Shown: positions 1 through 64,000 of the stretch, one piece after another
Numbering within the stretch: position 1 is the stretch's first letter
Layout of the letters: every line of letters starts with the position of its first letter
Source: Octopus vulgaris
Taxonomy: Eukaryota
NCBI GenBank assembly: GCA_951406725.2
Contig: OX597829.1
Coordinates: 26,784,001 to 26,848,000 of the forward strand
Direction of reading: 5' to 3'
DNA: 64,000 bases
Notes under the pieces: model-generated
Seen by the model: the letters and a program-made list of their open reading frames with translations, nothing else
Database searches by the model: none
Told to the model about the DNA's origin: nothing
Program-made: the position numbers and the translations under genes

Positions 1-980
1 ATGAAACACTTACATGCACCCATAAAGATTGTGGTGGTTGATGATTTAAAATCTATTTCTCAGCATAATGGCATTGGAAATTTTTTCTTTTGCCCTTATT
101 TATAATTGTTTATGTATATATGAGAGAGAGAGAGAGGCGAAAAACTACCTGGAGGGCAGTATAGCTGATACTATATAATTTGTTTTTGTTGCCTCCAATA
201 GAAGTTCTATGTGCAACATCAGTTGAAGTGGCCAAATAGCTTCAAATCAAATCAACTTGAGATTTGAAAACCCTTGGAAAAAAAAACTATAAAGATTGTT
301 CATTGTGCAAGTAAAATGCAACAATCAGAATATGGTTTTGCATTGAAAACAGTACTCCTTGGAATCCTATTTATATAATCATCACCATTGTCGTAATGTA
401 TTTGAATCTTTTTAAAAGTTGGCATCTTATAACTCACTGGGTTTCTTTGTCATTGAGTATTCAGAACAGCAATAGAACAAACTGGCTGCCTTTGCTATGT
501 ATGTCTATAAATACAGTTTCTTTTTCTCTATCTGACTACCCTTCCAATCACACAGATGTCTGTGTGTGTGTGTGTGTGGTGTTGATGTAAAAACATAGAC
601 ACTAGCAGCTAATGGCAGCAGTGGGTATTGTTGCATTGATGATGGTGATGGCAGTAGATGGTAGTGATACTGCTCACATTACAGCAGTGAACCTATAAGA
701 TGACAACAGGTTCCAAAGATGATATCCATTGTGTTTATTTGTTTTTAGTTCAAGTAAAAACAAAGGTTGGACACGCATTTTGACCTCAGAAATAATTGGA
801 TTAATAATTTTTTGTAAAGAATATAAAAGTTGCTTGTTAATTTCTAATTTAGTTCCATTGTAATTAGAAACTTATTTTGTTGATAATAAAGATCATGACA
901 TATATTTCATGTGATTGTTCCATTATACCTTATAGAGTTTCAAGTTGTTCATTGTAATTTCGGTTATTTTCTTCATTCAG

Positions 981-54711
<53,731 letters not shown>

Positions 54712-54756
54712 GAAAATTATCAAGAAATTTAGAAAAAATACCAAGAAACAACAACA

Positions 54757-54769
54757 AATAAAAAATAAA
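54757..54769 (+). terminator. Candidate polyadenylation signals (two AATAAA)
   Basis: AATAAA at 54757 and 54764, about 45 nt after the stop; A-rich context, so could be chance. Confidence 0.4.
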
Positions 54770-54936
54770 AAAAGAAAGAAAATACAACAAAAATATATCC
54801 ATCATTTGTAACTTTAGAACTATAAACTTTCACTGGATTTTCATTTGTTAAATAGGTAAAAAGAAAGAAAAAGATGATTAAAAATCTGAAGTTACATTTT
54901 GTGTATCTGGGAGCAGCTTACTGTACTGTAAATACA

Positions 54937-55350
54937 TTACTCTTACTCTTTACTCTTTTTCTAGTTGTAGTCATTTGACTGCAGCCATGCTGGAGCACCG
55001 CCTTTAGTCGAGCAAATCGACCCCGGAACTTATTCTTTGTAATCCCAATACTTATTCTATCGGTCTCCTTACTGAACCGCTAAGTGACGGGGGACGTAAA
55101 CACACCAGCATCAGTTGTCAAGCAATGTTAGGGGAACAAACACAGACACACAAACATACACACACATATATATATATATACATATATATGACGGGCTTCT
55201 TTGAGTTTCCGTCTACCAAATCCATTCACAAACTTTGGTCGGTCCAAGGCTATAGTGGAAGACACTTACCCAAAGTGCCACGCAGTGGGACTGAACCCGG
55301 AACCATGTGGTTAGTAAGCAAGCTACTTACCACACAGCCACTCCTGCACC
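54937..55350 (-). mobile_element. SINE family A, full length
   Basis: Complete copy 226 nt after the TRAPPC11 stop. Confidence 0.88.
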
Positions 55351-55406
55351 TACTATATAACATTATATAACATTGTTATTGAAAATTTTCTATTATTATT
55401 ATTATT

Positions 55407-57660
55407 AAGGTGACTAGCAGAATCATTAGTATGCTGGACAAAATGCTTAGTTACATTTCTTTCTCCTCATGTTCTATGTTCAAACTCCGCAAACGTCAAC
55501 TTTGCCTTTCATTCTTTGAGGGTCAATAAAATGAGTTGAGCCCTGGGACCTTTGTGATTAACAACCCTCTCCCACAAATTTTCAGGCCTTGTCCCTATTA
55601 GTAGAAAGGATTATTATTATTATTATTATTAAGGCGGCAAGCTGGCAGAATCATTAGCACACCAGGCAAAACACTTAGCAGTATTTCATCTGTCTTTATG
55701 TCCCGAGTTCAAATTCCACCAAGGTTGGCTTTGTTTTTCATCCTTTCAGGGTCAATAAATTAAGTACCATTGAAATACTGAGGTCGATGTAATTGACTAG
55801 TCCATTCTCCTACCCTGAATTTCAGGCCTTGTGCCTTTAGTAGAAAGGATTATTATTATTATCATTAAGTTATTTTTATTGTTAGCATGTTAGACAAAAT
55901 GCATAGCAGCGGCGAGCTGGCAGAAACGTTAGCACGCCGGGTGAAATGCGTAGCCGTATTTCGTCTGCCGTTACGTTCTGAGTTCAAATTCCACCGAGGT
56001 CGACTTTGCCTTTCATCCTTTCAGGGTCGATAAATTAAGTACCAGTTACGCACTGGGGTCTATATAATCGACTTAATCTGTCTGTCTGTCCTTGTTTGTC
56101 TCCTCTGTGTTTAGCTCCTTGTGGGTAGTAAAGGAATAAGCATTCCCTCTGGTTTTTTACATTCTGTGTTCAAATGTTGCCAAGATTAACTTTGCCATTC
56201 ATCCTTTTATGGTCAATGAGATAAGATGCTAGTTATGTACTGGAATCAATGTAAATGACTTTCCCCTTTCCTTAAGAATTTGCTGGCTTTGTTCTAAAAA
56301 TTAGAACCATTGTTATAAATGGGGAAATTTCAAACCTGGGTTCTCGATCCTTAAGTATTTTTCAATGAACACCTGAAGAAGGCTGGAGAGTATACAGCCG
56401 AAACATTGTGTTAAAAACAAATAAGATGAGGATAAATACCTGTCAAATGTAAATAATGTATACAATTCCTCATCTCTCAAATATAGAACTGCATTGTTAT
56501 AAACTTTATTATTATTATTATTATTACTAGGACAGCAGATTAGCAGATTCATAAGAACATTGAGGAAAAGAATGCTTTGTGATTTTTGTTCTGGCTCTTT
56601 ACAGTTTCAGTTCAAATCCTATTGAGGTCAACTTTACTTTTCATCCTTTTGGGGTTGATAAATTAAATACCGGTTGAACATCGGGGTCAAAGTAATTGAC
56701 TAGTCCCTTCCCCACAAATTTAAGGTCTTGTGTCTATAGTAAAAAGGATTATTATTATTCTGCCAAGGTTGACTTCGCCTTTCATCCTTTCAGGGTCAAT
56801 TAGTGCCAGTTGAGCACTAAGGTCAATGTAATTGACTTACCCCATACTCCAAACTTCTTGGCCTTTTACCAAAATTTGAAACCATTATTATTTCTAGAGC
56901 TATGGCTTGGTAAAATTGCTAAAGCATTGCAAAAAAAAAACAAAAAAACATTGCAGTATTTCTTCCAGATCTTTATATTCTGGGATCAATTTTGCTCTTC
57001 ATAATTTCAGAGGTCCATAAAAATAGGATACCAGTCAAGTATTGGGGTTAATTGCATCAACTAATCATCCTCACTCCCAACCCAAAATTTCTGGCTTTGT
57101 ACCTCTGCTAGAAACAATAATAATAATAAGATTCTGCCAAGGTTGACTTTACCTTTCATCCTTTCAGCTGTTGAACCCCGCGGTCAATGTAATCAACTCA
57201 TCCCCTCCTCCAAAAATTGCTGCCCTTTTGGTAAAACTTGTAACCATTATTATTATTAAGGTGGTGAACTGGCACAATCATTAGCATAGCAGGTAAAATG
57301 CTTAGCAGCATTTCATTAGTCACTACGTTCTGAGTTCAAATTTTTCCAAGGTCGATTTTGCTTTTCATACTTTCAGGATCAATAAATTAATTACCAGTTG
57401 AGTACTGCAGTTGATGTAATCAACTAGTCCCCTCCCACAAAATTTCAGGCCTTGTGCCTATAGTAGAAAGTATTATTATTATTATTATTAAGTGTTTAAG
57501 GCAGTGAGCTGGCAGAATAATTAGCACACCAGACAAAATGCTTAGCAGCATTTCATCTCTTTTTACTTTCTGAGGTCAATAAAATAAGCACCAGCCCCTC
57601 ATAAACTTTTGGCCCTGTGCCAAAATTTCAAACCATTAATATTATTATTATTATTATTAT
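55407..57660 (+). mobile_element. Head-to-tail cluster of about 10 Meta-domain SINE copies with (ATT)n tails
   Basis: Repeated AAGGYGGYGAGCTGGCAGAATCATTAGC ... TTTGCCTTTCATCCTTT ... AGAAAGGATTATTATT; young family-B copy nested at 55908-56139. Confidence 0.85.
56320..56491 (+). mobile_element. 172-bp Penelope-like pLTR fragment with hammerhead motif and 12-bp TSD
   Basis: TSD CATTGTTATAAA (56308-56319, 56492-56503); AACAC-CTGAAGA-A-GGCTG-loop-CAGCC-GAAAC-ATT-GTGTT at 56368-56412. Confidence 0.75.
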
Positions 57661-58335
57661 CTATGGATCTTTTCTTATTTAAAAGTAAATTACCTATATC
57701 ATTGCTTCAGCAGAAATGAACTTCATTTAATGGTGGTGGGTGGAGATTATTAATTACACAAGGATTATTTATACAACTTGAAGAAAGTGAAATCTGAAAT
57801 GTGAATGATATGTGTATAGTAATATTAATTTAAAACTTTGTTTCAATTCCAGTATCCTAATAAAAATATGTTACCAGTTGTATTTTGTGTCAGTATTTCT
57901 TCTTTAACAATTTTCTAAGAACACATAGAAGGAAAAAATGTTTAAGACACCGTGTGGTAAGAAGCTTGCTTCCCAACCACAAGGTTCTACTTACCACTGC
58001 ATGTCTCCTATTTCATTTTTCTATCAATTTCAACTGTCTTTAGGCAAAATTCATCATTAACAGTAATGACTTTCCTTTCCATTGTGTGAAACTCTTGTAA
58101 CTACAAATTCTTTTTAGCTCACTTCATTATGTTTGGTTGCACACACTTTTAATTTAAGTCTATATTTAATTTAATATGTAAGCACAGGTGTAGCTGTGTG
58201 ATTAGAAGTTTGCTTCCCAATCACATGGTCTCAGGTTCAGTCTCACTCCATGGCATCTTGGGCAAGCATTGTCTGCTATAGCCCTGGACTGACCAATGAC
58301 TTGTAAATGAATTTAATTGATAGAAACTGAAAGAA

Positions 58336-58752
58336 GGCGACAAGCTGGCAGAAATGTTAGCACGCCGGGCGAAATGCTTAGGGGTATTTCATCTGCTGCT
58401 ATGTTCTGAGTTCAAATTCCGCCGAGGTCGACTTTGCCTTTCATCCTTTCAGGCTCGATAAATTAAGTACCAGTTATGCACTGGCGTCGATATAATCAAC
58501 TTAATCCGTTTGTCTGTCCTTGTTTGTCCCTTCTATGTTTAGCCCCATGTGGGTAGTAAAGAAATAGGTATTTCGTTTGCAATTACATTCTGAGTTCAAA
58601 TTTCGTCGAAGTCGTCTTTGCCTTTCATCCTTTTGGAGTTGATTAAATAAGTACCAGTTACGTACTGGGGTCGATGTAATCAACTTAATCCCTTTGTCTG
58701 TCCTTGCTTGTCCCTTCTATGTTTAGCCCCTTGTGAGCAATAAAGAAATAAG
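58336..58752 (+). mobile_element. Dimeric Meta-domain SINE B inserted into a family-A-headed SINE
   Basis: Full monomer plus 5'-truncated monomer; flanking duplication AGAAACTGAAAGAAG / AGAAATTGAAAGAAG. Confidence 0.8.
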
Positions 58753-61700
58753 AAATTGAAAGAAGCCTGTCATATTGCTTTCTTCTTGTCTAACAACATG
58801 TAAGAGTTATGTAGGTATCATCACACAACCTGTGGCTTTTGTTTCCAATTTTCCAAGACATATCTGGTCATGGGGAAATATTAACTTACCTGGAAACAGG
58901 TAAGGGTTGTAGACAGGAAGAGCATTCATTCATAGAAAATCTGACTCGACAAAAATTTTATCTGATCAATGCAAGCATGGCAAAGTGGACATTAATTGCA
59001 CAATGATGATGATGATGATATGTGTGGTGATGGTTAATGTTGTAGTGAGAGTACAGCTAAGCTGTTCAGAAATTTGCTTTGCAACAACAAGGTCCCAGGT
59101 TCAATCCCATTGCTGGGTATCTTGTTCAAATGTCATCTATAGTTTGATCAACCCTTATATTCTGAATGGAAACTGTGTTGAAGCCCATTAAATAGGTTGT
59201 TACTACAATTCATAAAGTACTGCCTAGTCTCTGTATCATGCAGTTTCTGCCTGAGATTTATGTTAAGTTTACACATGTCTACAGAACGCTTGGCCTTACA
59301 TATTCAATGACCAGTTAATTAACTGTCTGAATAATTGGTGGGGCAGCTAAAACGAAGTAGCACTCATTTGTTCAGCAAAGGCATAAGGATATAATACAAA
59401 AAAAAAAGATAAATAAGGGAAGGAAGCAAAGATGTAAGTATGACATTAAACATAAAAAAACATTTAAAAAAGCATAGAAATATGAAATAAAACAGTAACA
59501 AAGAATATGTACCAGTAAGAAATTTGCATTCCAGCTATATGGTTCAGTCCCATTGTGTGGCACCTTGGGCAAATGTCTTCTATTATAGCCTTGTACCAAT
59601 CAAAGCCTTATGAGTAGATCTGTTAGATGGAAATTGAAAGAAACCCATCACCATTCAACCACGGTAGTGGTTGAATATATTCTTAAGTCCACCATTTTGA
59701 GAATTACAGCAGTTTCCAAGCTTCACCACTAATTCAGTTCTCAACTAAATTGCAAACTGTTAATAGTTTTAAAGAGGACACCTCCTCAGCTACACTTTGG
59801 CATAAATAGTTTGAGATTTGATTCAGTAGAAAAAAAAGTTACATCAAAATATGTCAGGCCTCAAGTGGGCAGTAAGGCAGATATTCATCTTCAATCAACA
59901 TAAATTTATTAATCTTAAAATAAAAGTATACCTTTCTTAGGCTTATTGATAGAAAAACGTATGAGGAATTCAGAGTCATTAGTCGCATTGAACAACAATT
60001 AGTAGAAGAAAATGCCACAAAATTTCATGTCAGTAAGGAAGTAACGCTATACTTATTTAAGAAGAATTTGGCTAATTTACTACCTTAAATACTGAAAAAA
60101 GTGACTAATTAGACAAACTTACAAATTAGCTGAAAAGTTTTGTACAATAAATTTAAAAGATGAGAACTGTAAAGAGTGATAAATTAGAAGAACTAGCATT
60201 CTTTGCTGCAATATTTTAAGTAAAGTTTCTTATTCTTTACTTTACTAGAAGTAATAGCTTGTCCTAAACTTTTACAGGTGTAATAACTTGTCCTGTACTT
60301 TTCCAGGTTTATAATCTTAAGAATATTACTTTTCATGCTCACATTTCTCCATGTAATATATATATCTATGTTTGTATGTGTACCTTTGTGTCCCTGTCCC
60401 CCATCACTGCTTGACAACTAGTATTGATGTGCTTACATCCTTGTAACTTAGTGGTTTGTCAAAAGAGACTGACAGATAAGTACAAGGCTCAAAAAAATAA
60501 GTACTGATTTGAACAACTGAAATTCTTGAAGGCAGTGTTCCCCAGCATGGCTATAGTCTGACTGAAACAAGTAAAAGAAAAGATAACAAAAATAAGTATG
60601 CCACTGGAAGGAATAGAAGAGATTTAACATTTCAGGTAAAGACATAGGAGAGAAATAGAAATGATACTGAATTTATAACAGCTTTATATTGTAAGTTTGG
60701 TGTAAAAAGTAAGCTCTAGAGTGAGACAGCAAGATTCAAAGTGGAAACAGAACTTGGGCCATTGTGAGAGTAAGTGAAGTTAGGGATGGGAAAGAGTGGG
60801 TTATTGTGTGGGTAAGTGAAGGAGAGACTGTGGTTGGAGGCAGGGGCGAAATGCATGGTTGAATCTGTAATATTGCAGCATCTAATGTGTTGAGGAATAT
60901 AAAGTTCATGTGTTTGGGCATGCAACAGTCACCCTTTTAATATATGTCCAATTCAGAATGTAAATAATGTCAGTTTTCTATGCTGAATTGCATTGAGGCA
61001 AGCAGAGCTGTGTTGGCCAGAAGTTGCAATAGAAGAATGTGTTAAAGAGACATATGAAGAACTTTGGTATCTCCCCAGACTACCTAGTGGGAGTAGGCCC
61101 TGTAGTGCAATAACTGACACCAATAGCTGAAGCTCTTTACAAAAGAGCACATAAGAGGCATCATTTCTCTGTTGGGTCAAGTAACTTCACCTGCAGCAGA
61201 TGTCATCACTGCTGCTGCAGATCAAGAGCAGGACCTATAGCCCACATGTGAGCCTGCCAGAGATGATCACTGAACAAGAATAGTCAATCTCACCCAATGA
61301 CAGACAGCCAAACAAGAAGAAATGTATGTATGTACACACTGGCACAAACACATGCATACATAAAAATACACTAGTGGTTATGTTGTGCATATATGTTATA
61401 ATAGGTTTATGCAATATGGATGTATAGAAACGGATGTGAGGTAAATGAAGTCTGTCTGTGCATGATGTGTACATGTGGTATGCTAAGGTGAGAAATGTGG
61501 GTAGAAGTAGTTAGTTAAAAATGTGCTTCTGTATGTTAGTGTGAAGTGAGTAATTATGTGTGTGTGTGTGTGTAGTACATTCAATCTACATGGATGTATA
61601 GACATGTAGGTTAAGTGTGTATAGTTTGTGAGATTTATGCAAAAACATGGTATATCACATGTAGGTGCAATATAGGAGAATAGATTATGGTAACAATAGG

Positions 61701-63463
61701 ATGCAATTATGTGAATGTATATGGGCTATCCATGCCTGGGGAGGTGGTGCAACAGAGATAGAAGATAAAGTTGTTTTTTTGTGATGGCAAGCAGTAGGGA
61801 AGCCATGATATGAAACAATATGACAGATGAGTTGAAGTGACACCTAACAGGTAACACGATCTTCTTGAAGCAGATGTGATCATCTAACCTACTCCTGTTT
61901 TTCCAAGAGACTGGAAAAGCTAACTCAGATGGTCTCTGCAATGATGGGAAGATGATGGAAAAGAATGGCATAATCAAGAAAGAATTGAAAACGCATTGTA
62001 ATCAGCAATGTATATAAACAACATCCAATAATTTGGTTGATATTGGTGACATTTAAGACAATAAATGAAATTTCTGATGGTACAGGCGAAATGGTGAGAG
62101 ATAAGAAAGTGATGTTGAGTCCAAAGAGTGGAATAATGTTATAGATATTAGAGCATATGTTGCATTGAGCTCAGGAGCAGAGGAAAGATCCAGGTTGAGT
62201 GCTAGGAAGGCTTCAAGAGCTACAAACTGGTCGTGCAAATTGGAGTATGTTTGAAAAATAGTAGAGGACATTCCCAGAATAAGGGTGAGGTAGTAGGAGA
62301 TGGGAAATGTGCAAGATGGACATCGAAAAGATGAGGAGCAAGGACAGGCAATAAAGAGCAGAGATTCGATCAGTGTTATGGGTATAGAGGTGGGTATTAT
62401 TGGCAATATTCTGGGGTTAACCACAATGCACAAACTAGAAGGCCATCAGCTGAGATTGGGTCTCTACAGAGTTTGCAAATTTGTCAAAATTATGAATAGG
62501 GGATGGAAAATATAGAGTGCTTGCAGTGGGAAGAGACAAAATGAGGTAAAAGAGGGAGTCAGTTTACAGAAAACATGTAGAGAGGGAGAGGTTTAATAGT
62601 CAATTGTGACAAGGAAATTGATAGGTAACTCTGTGAAAGTGTTGCTTTAATTTTTGAGCATTTAAACTGGCCCAAAATTCTATCTGTTCTATGTTCATAT
62701 CAGCTAGATCTGGTCTCTTACACCAACCCAACAACATCATTATAGAAACAATTACACTATCGAAATATTCAGGCAACAAGATAATGCATGGTTAATTCAA
62801 AATGATGTAAATAAATAAGTGTTATGTTCAAGCATTCACATTAAATTAATGTGGATGCTCAAAAGTTGAAAAACCAGAATGGTTCCCTAAGAGACATTAC
62901 GGACATTGGTAACAGCATCCAGGTTTACAAAATGACCTGGAGGTTGCATCCAGTGAGGGGCAGTAAAACCATCAGGAGTGACACTGGTGTACCAGTGCTG
63001 CATAAATGTAACCATGCTGGTGGTATGTGAAAACACCCAGCACAGTCTGTGAAGTTGTTCATGTTAGGAAGAGCATTTCATCATAGAAACCATAACAAGA
63101 CAGACAACTGGAGTCTGAACAGCTCCCCAGCTGACCAACTCCAGTCAAACTGCCCAACCCTTGCCAGCATTGAAAACAAGTTAAATGATGATGATAATGA
63201 TAGCAACTGTTTGATCTCTGTTCAGGTCTAAAATATGGGAACACAAAAGATGAGGACTATGAACTCGATGCCTCTAGAAGGAAGTGAGCATTTCAGCTTC
63301 AGAAAGTAATAGGTCAAGAAATAACAACACCTTTGTTGAAATACACTGCCTTCATTTCAATTAATTTTGAAAATAATGAAGAATATGGTAAAATAACTTT
63401 GTTGTCATTTTAAGCTAATGTTTGAGACAAATTAACATGCAATTTTGATGAAAATTTTAATTT

Positions 63464-63820
63464 ATTCTTTTACTTGTTTCAGTCATATCTGTGGCAATGC
63501 TGGAGCACCACCTTTAGTCGAATAAATCGATCCCAGGACTTATTCTTTGTAAGCCTAGTACATATTATATCATTCTCTTTTTGTCAAACTGCTAAGTGAC
63601 GGGGGTGTAAACACACCAACATCGGTTGTCAAGCAATGGAGGACAAACACAGATACAAACAGGCTTCTTTCAGTTTCTGTCAACCAAATCCACTCCCAAG
63701 GCTTTGGTTGGCTCGAGGCTATGCTAGAAGACACTTTCCCAAGATACCACGCAGTTGGACTAAACCCGAAATCATGTGGTTGGGAAGCAAGCTTCTTACC
63801 ACACAGCCACTTCTGTGTCT
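63464..63820 (-). mobile_element. SINE family A lacking the internal microsatellite
   Basis: Tail and head are joined via ACACAGATACAAAC. Confidence 0.8.
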
Positions 63821-64000
63821 ATGTTAATTTAAAAACCAAAAGTTTGTCTTGTAGAACCAGGCACAGTTTCAGGTAGGTTGGTATCAAAGGGGGTAAACAA
63901 GTGAATCATTCAAATACAAACATGCTACTAAACTTTTTTTTTAGTTGAGTCTAGAGGAAAGGGTATTGCCTTTGATGTTAACAGGTGCTCCAAGTGAAGT

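Noticed and set aside
55407-57660. Recurring motif with spacing reminiscent of a CRISPR array
   Set aside because: Units are ~200-bp diverged SINE copies; intervening parts are homologous, not unique spacers
59653-59676. 10-bp perfect hairpin ATTCAACCAC-ggta-GTGGTTGAAT
   Set aside because: Isolated, with no Helitron-type CTRR end or other supporting context
60710-62570. Purine-rich stretch with 60-126 aa ORFs, possibly an old CR1/L2 endonuclease or a neighbouring gene
   Set aside because: No convincing motifs or phase-consistent exons; needs a profile search

Overview
AT-rich, microsatellite-laden eukaryotic genomic DNA. The SINE, LINE and Penelope repertoire points to a coleoid cephalopod, probably Octopus (inference). 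One host gene runs on the + strand: the last 22 coding exons (981-54711; 2274 nt, 757 aa plus stop) of TRAPPC11 (TRAPP III subunit, foie gras). I reconstructed it by hand, and splice phases are consistent at every junction. The 5' exons lie upstream of the window. One intron (7059-7266) has U12 minor-spliceosome signals. Introns contain tRNA-derived CORE- and Meta-type SINEs, MITEs, and decayed Tc1/mariner, R4/Dong, RTE and Gypsy remnants. A (TA)n hotspot at 27.3-35.3 kb holds four young RTE LINE insertions. Their RT carries an internal PHD finger, their 3' UTR carries tandem pseudoknot-like units, and one copy has a twin-priming-type 5' inversion. The most notable hidden signal is four different short Penelope-like elements, each with a type I hammerhead ribozyme motif. 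One motif is fully intact (27189-27250, minus) and one has a compensatory U3-A8 core. The long I/Y-rich ORFs in the supplied track are microsatellite artefacts.
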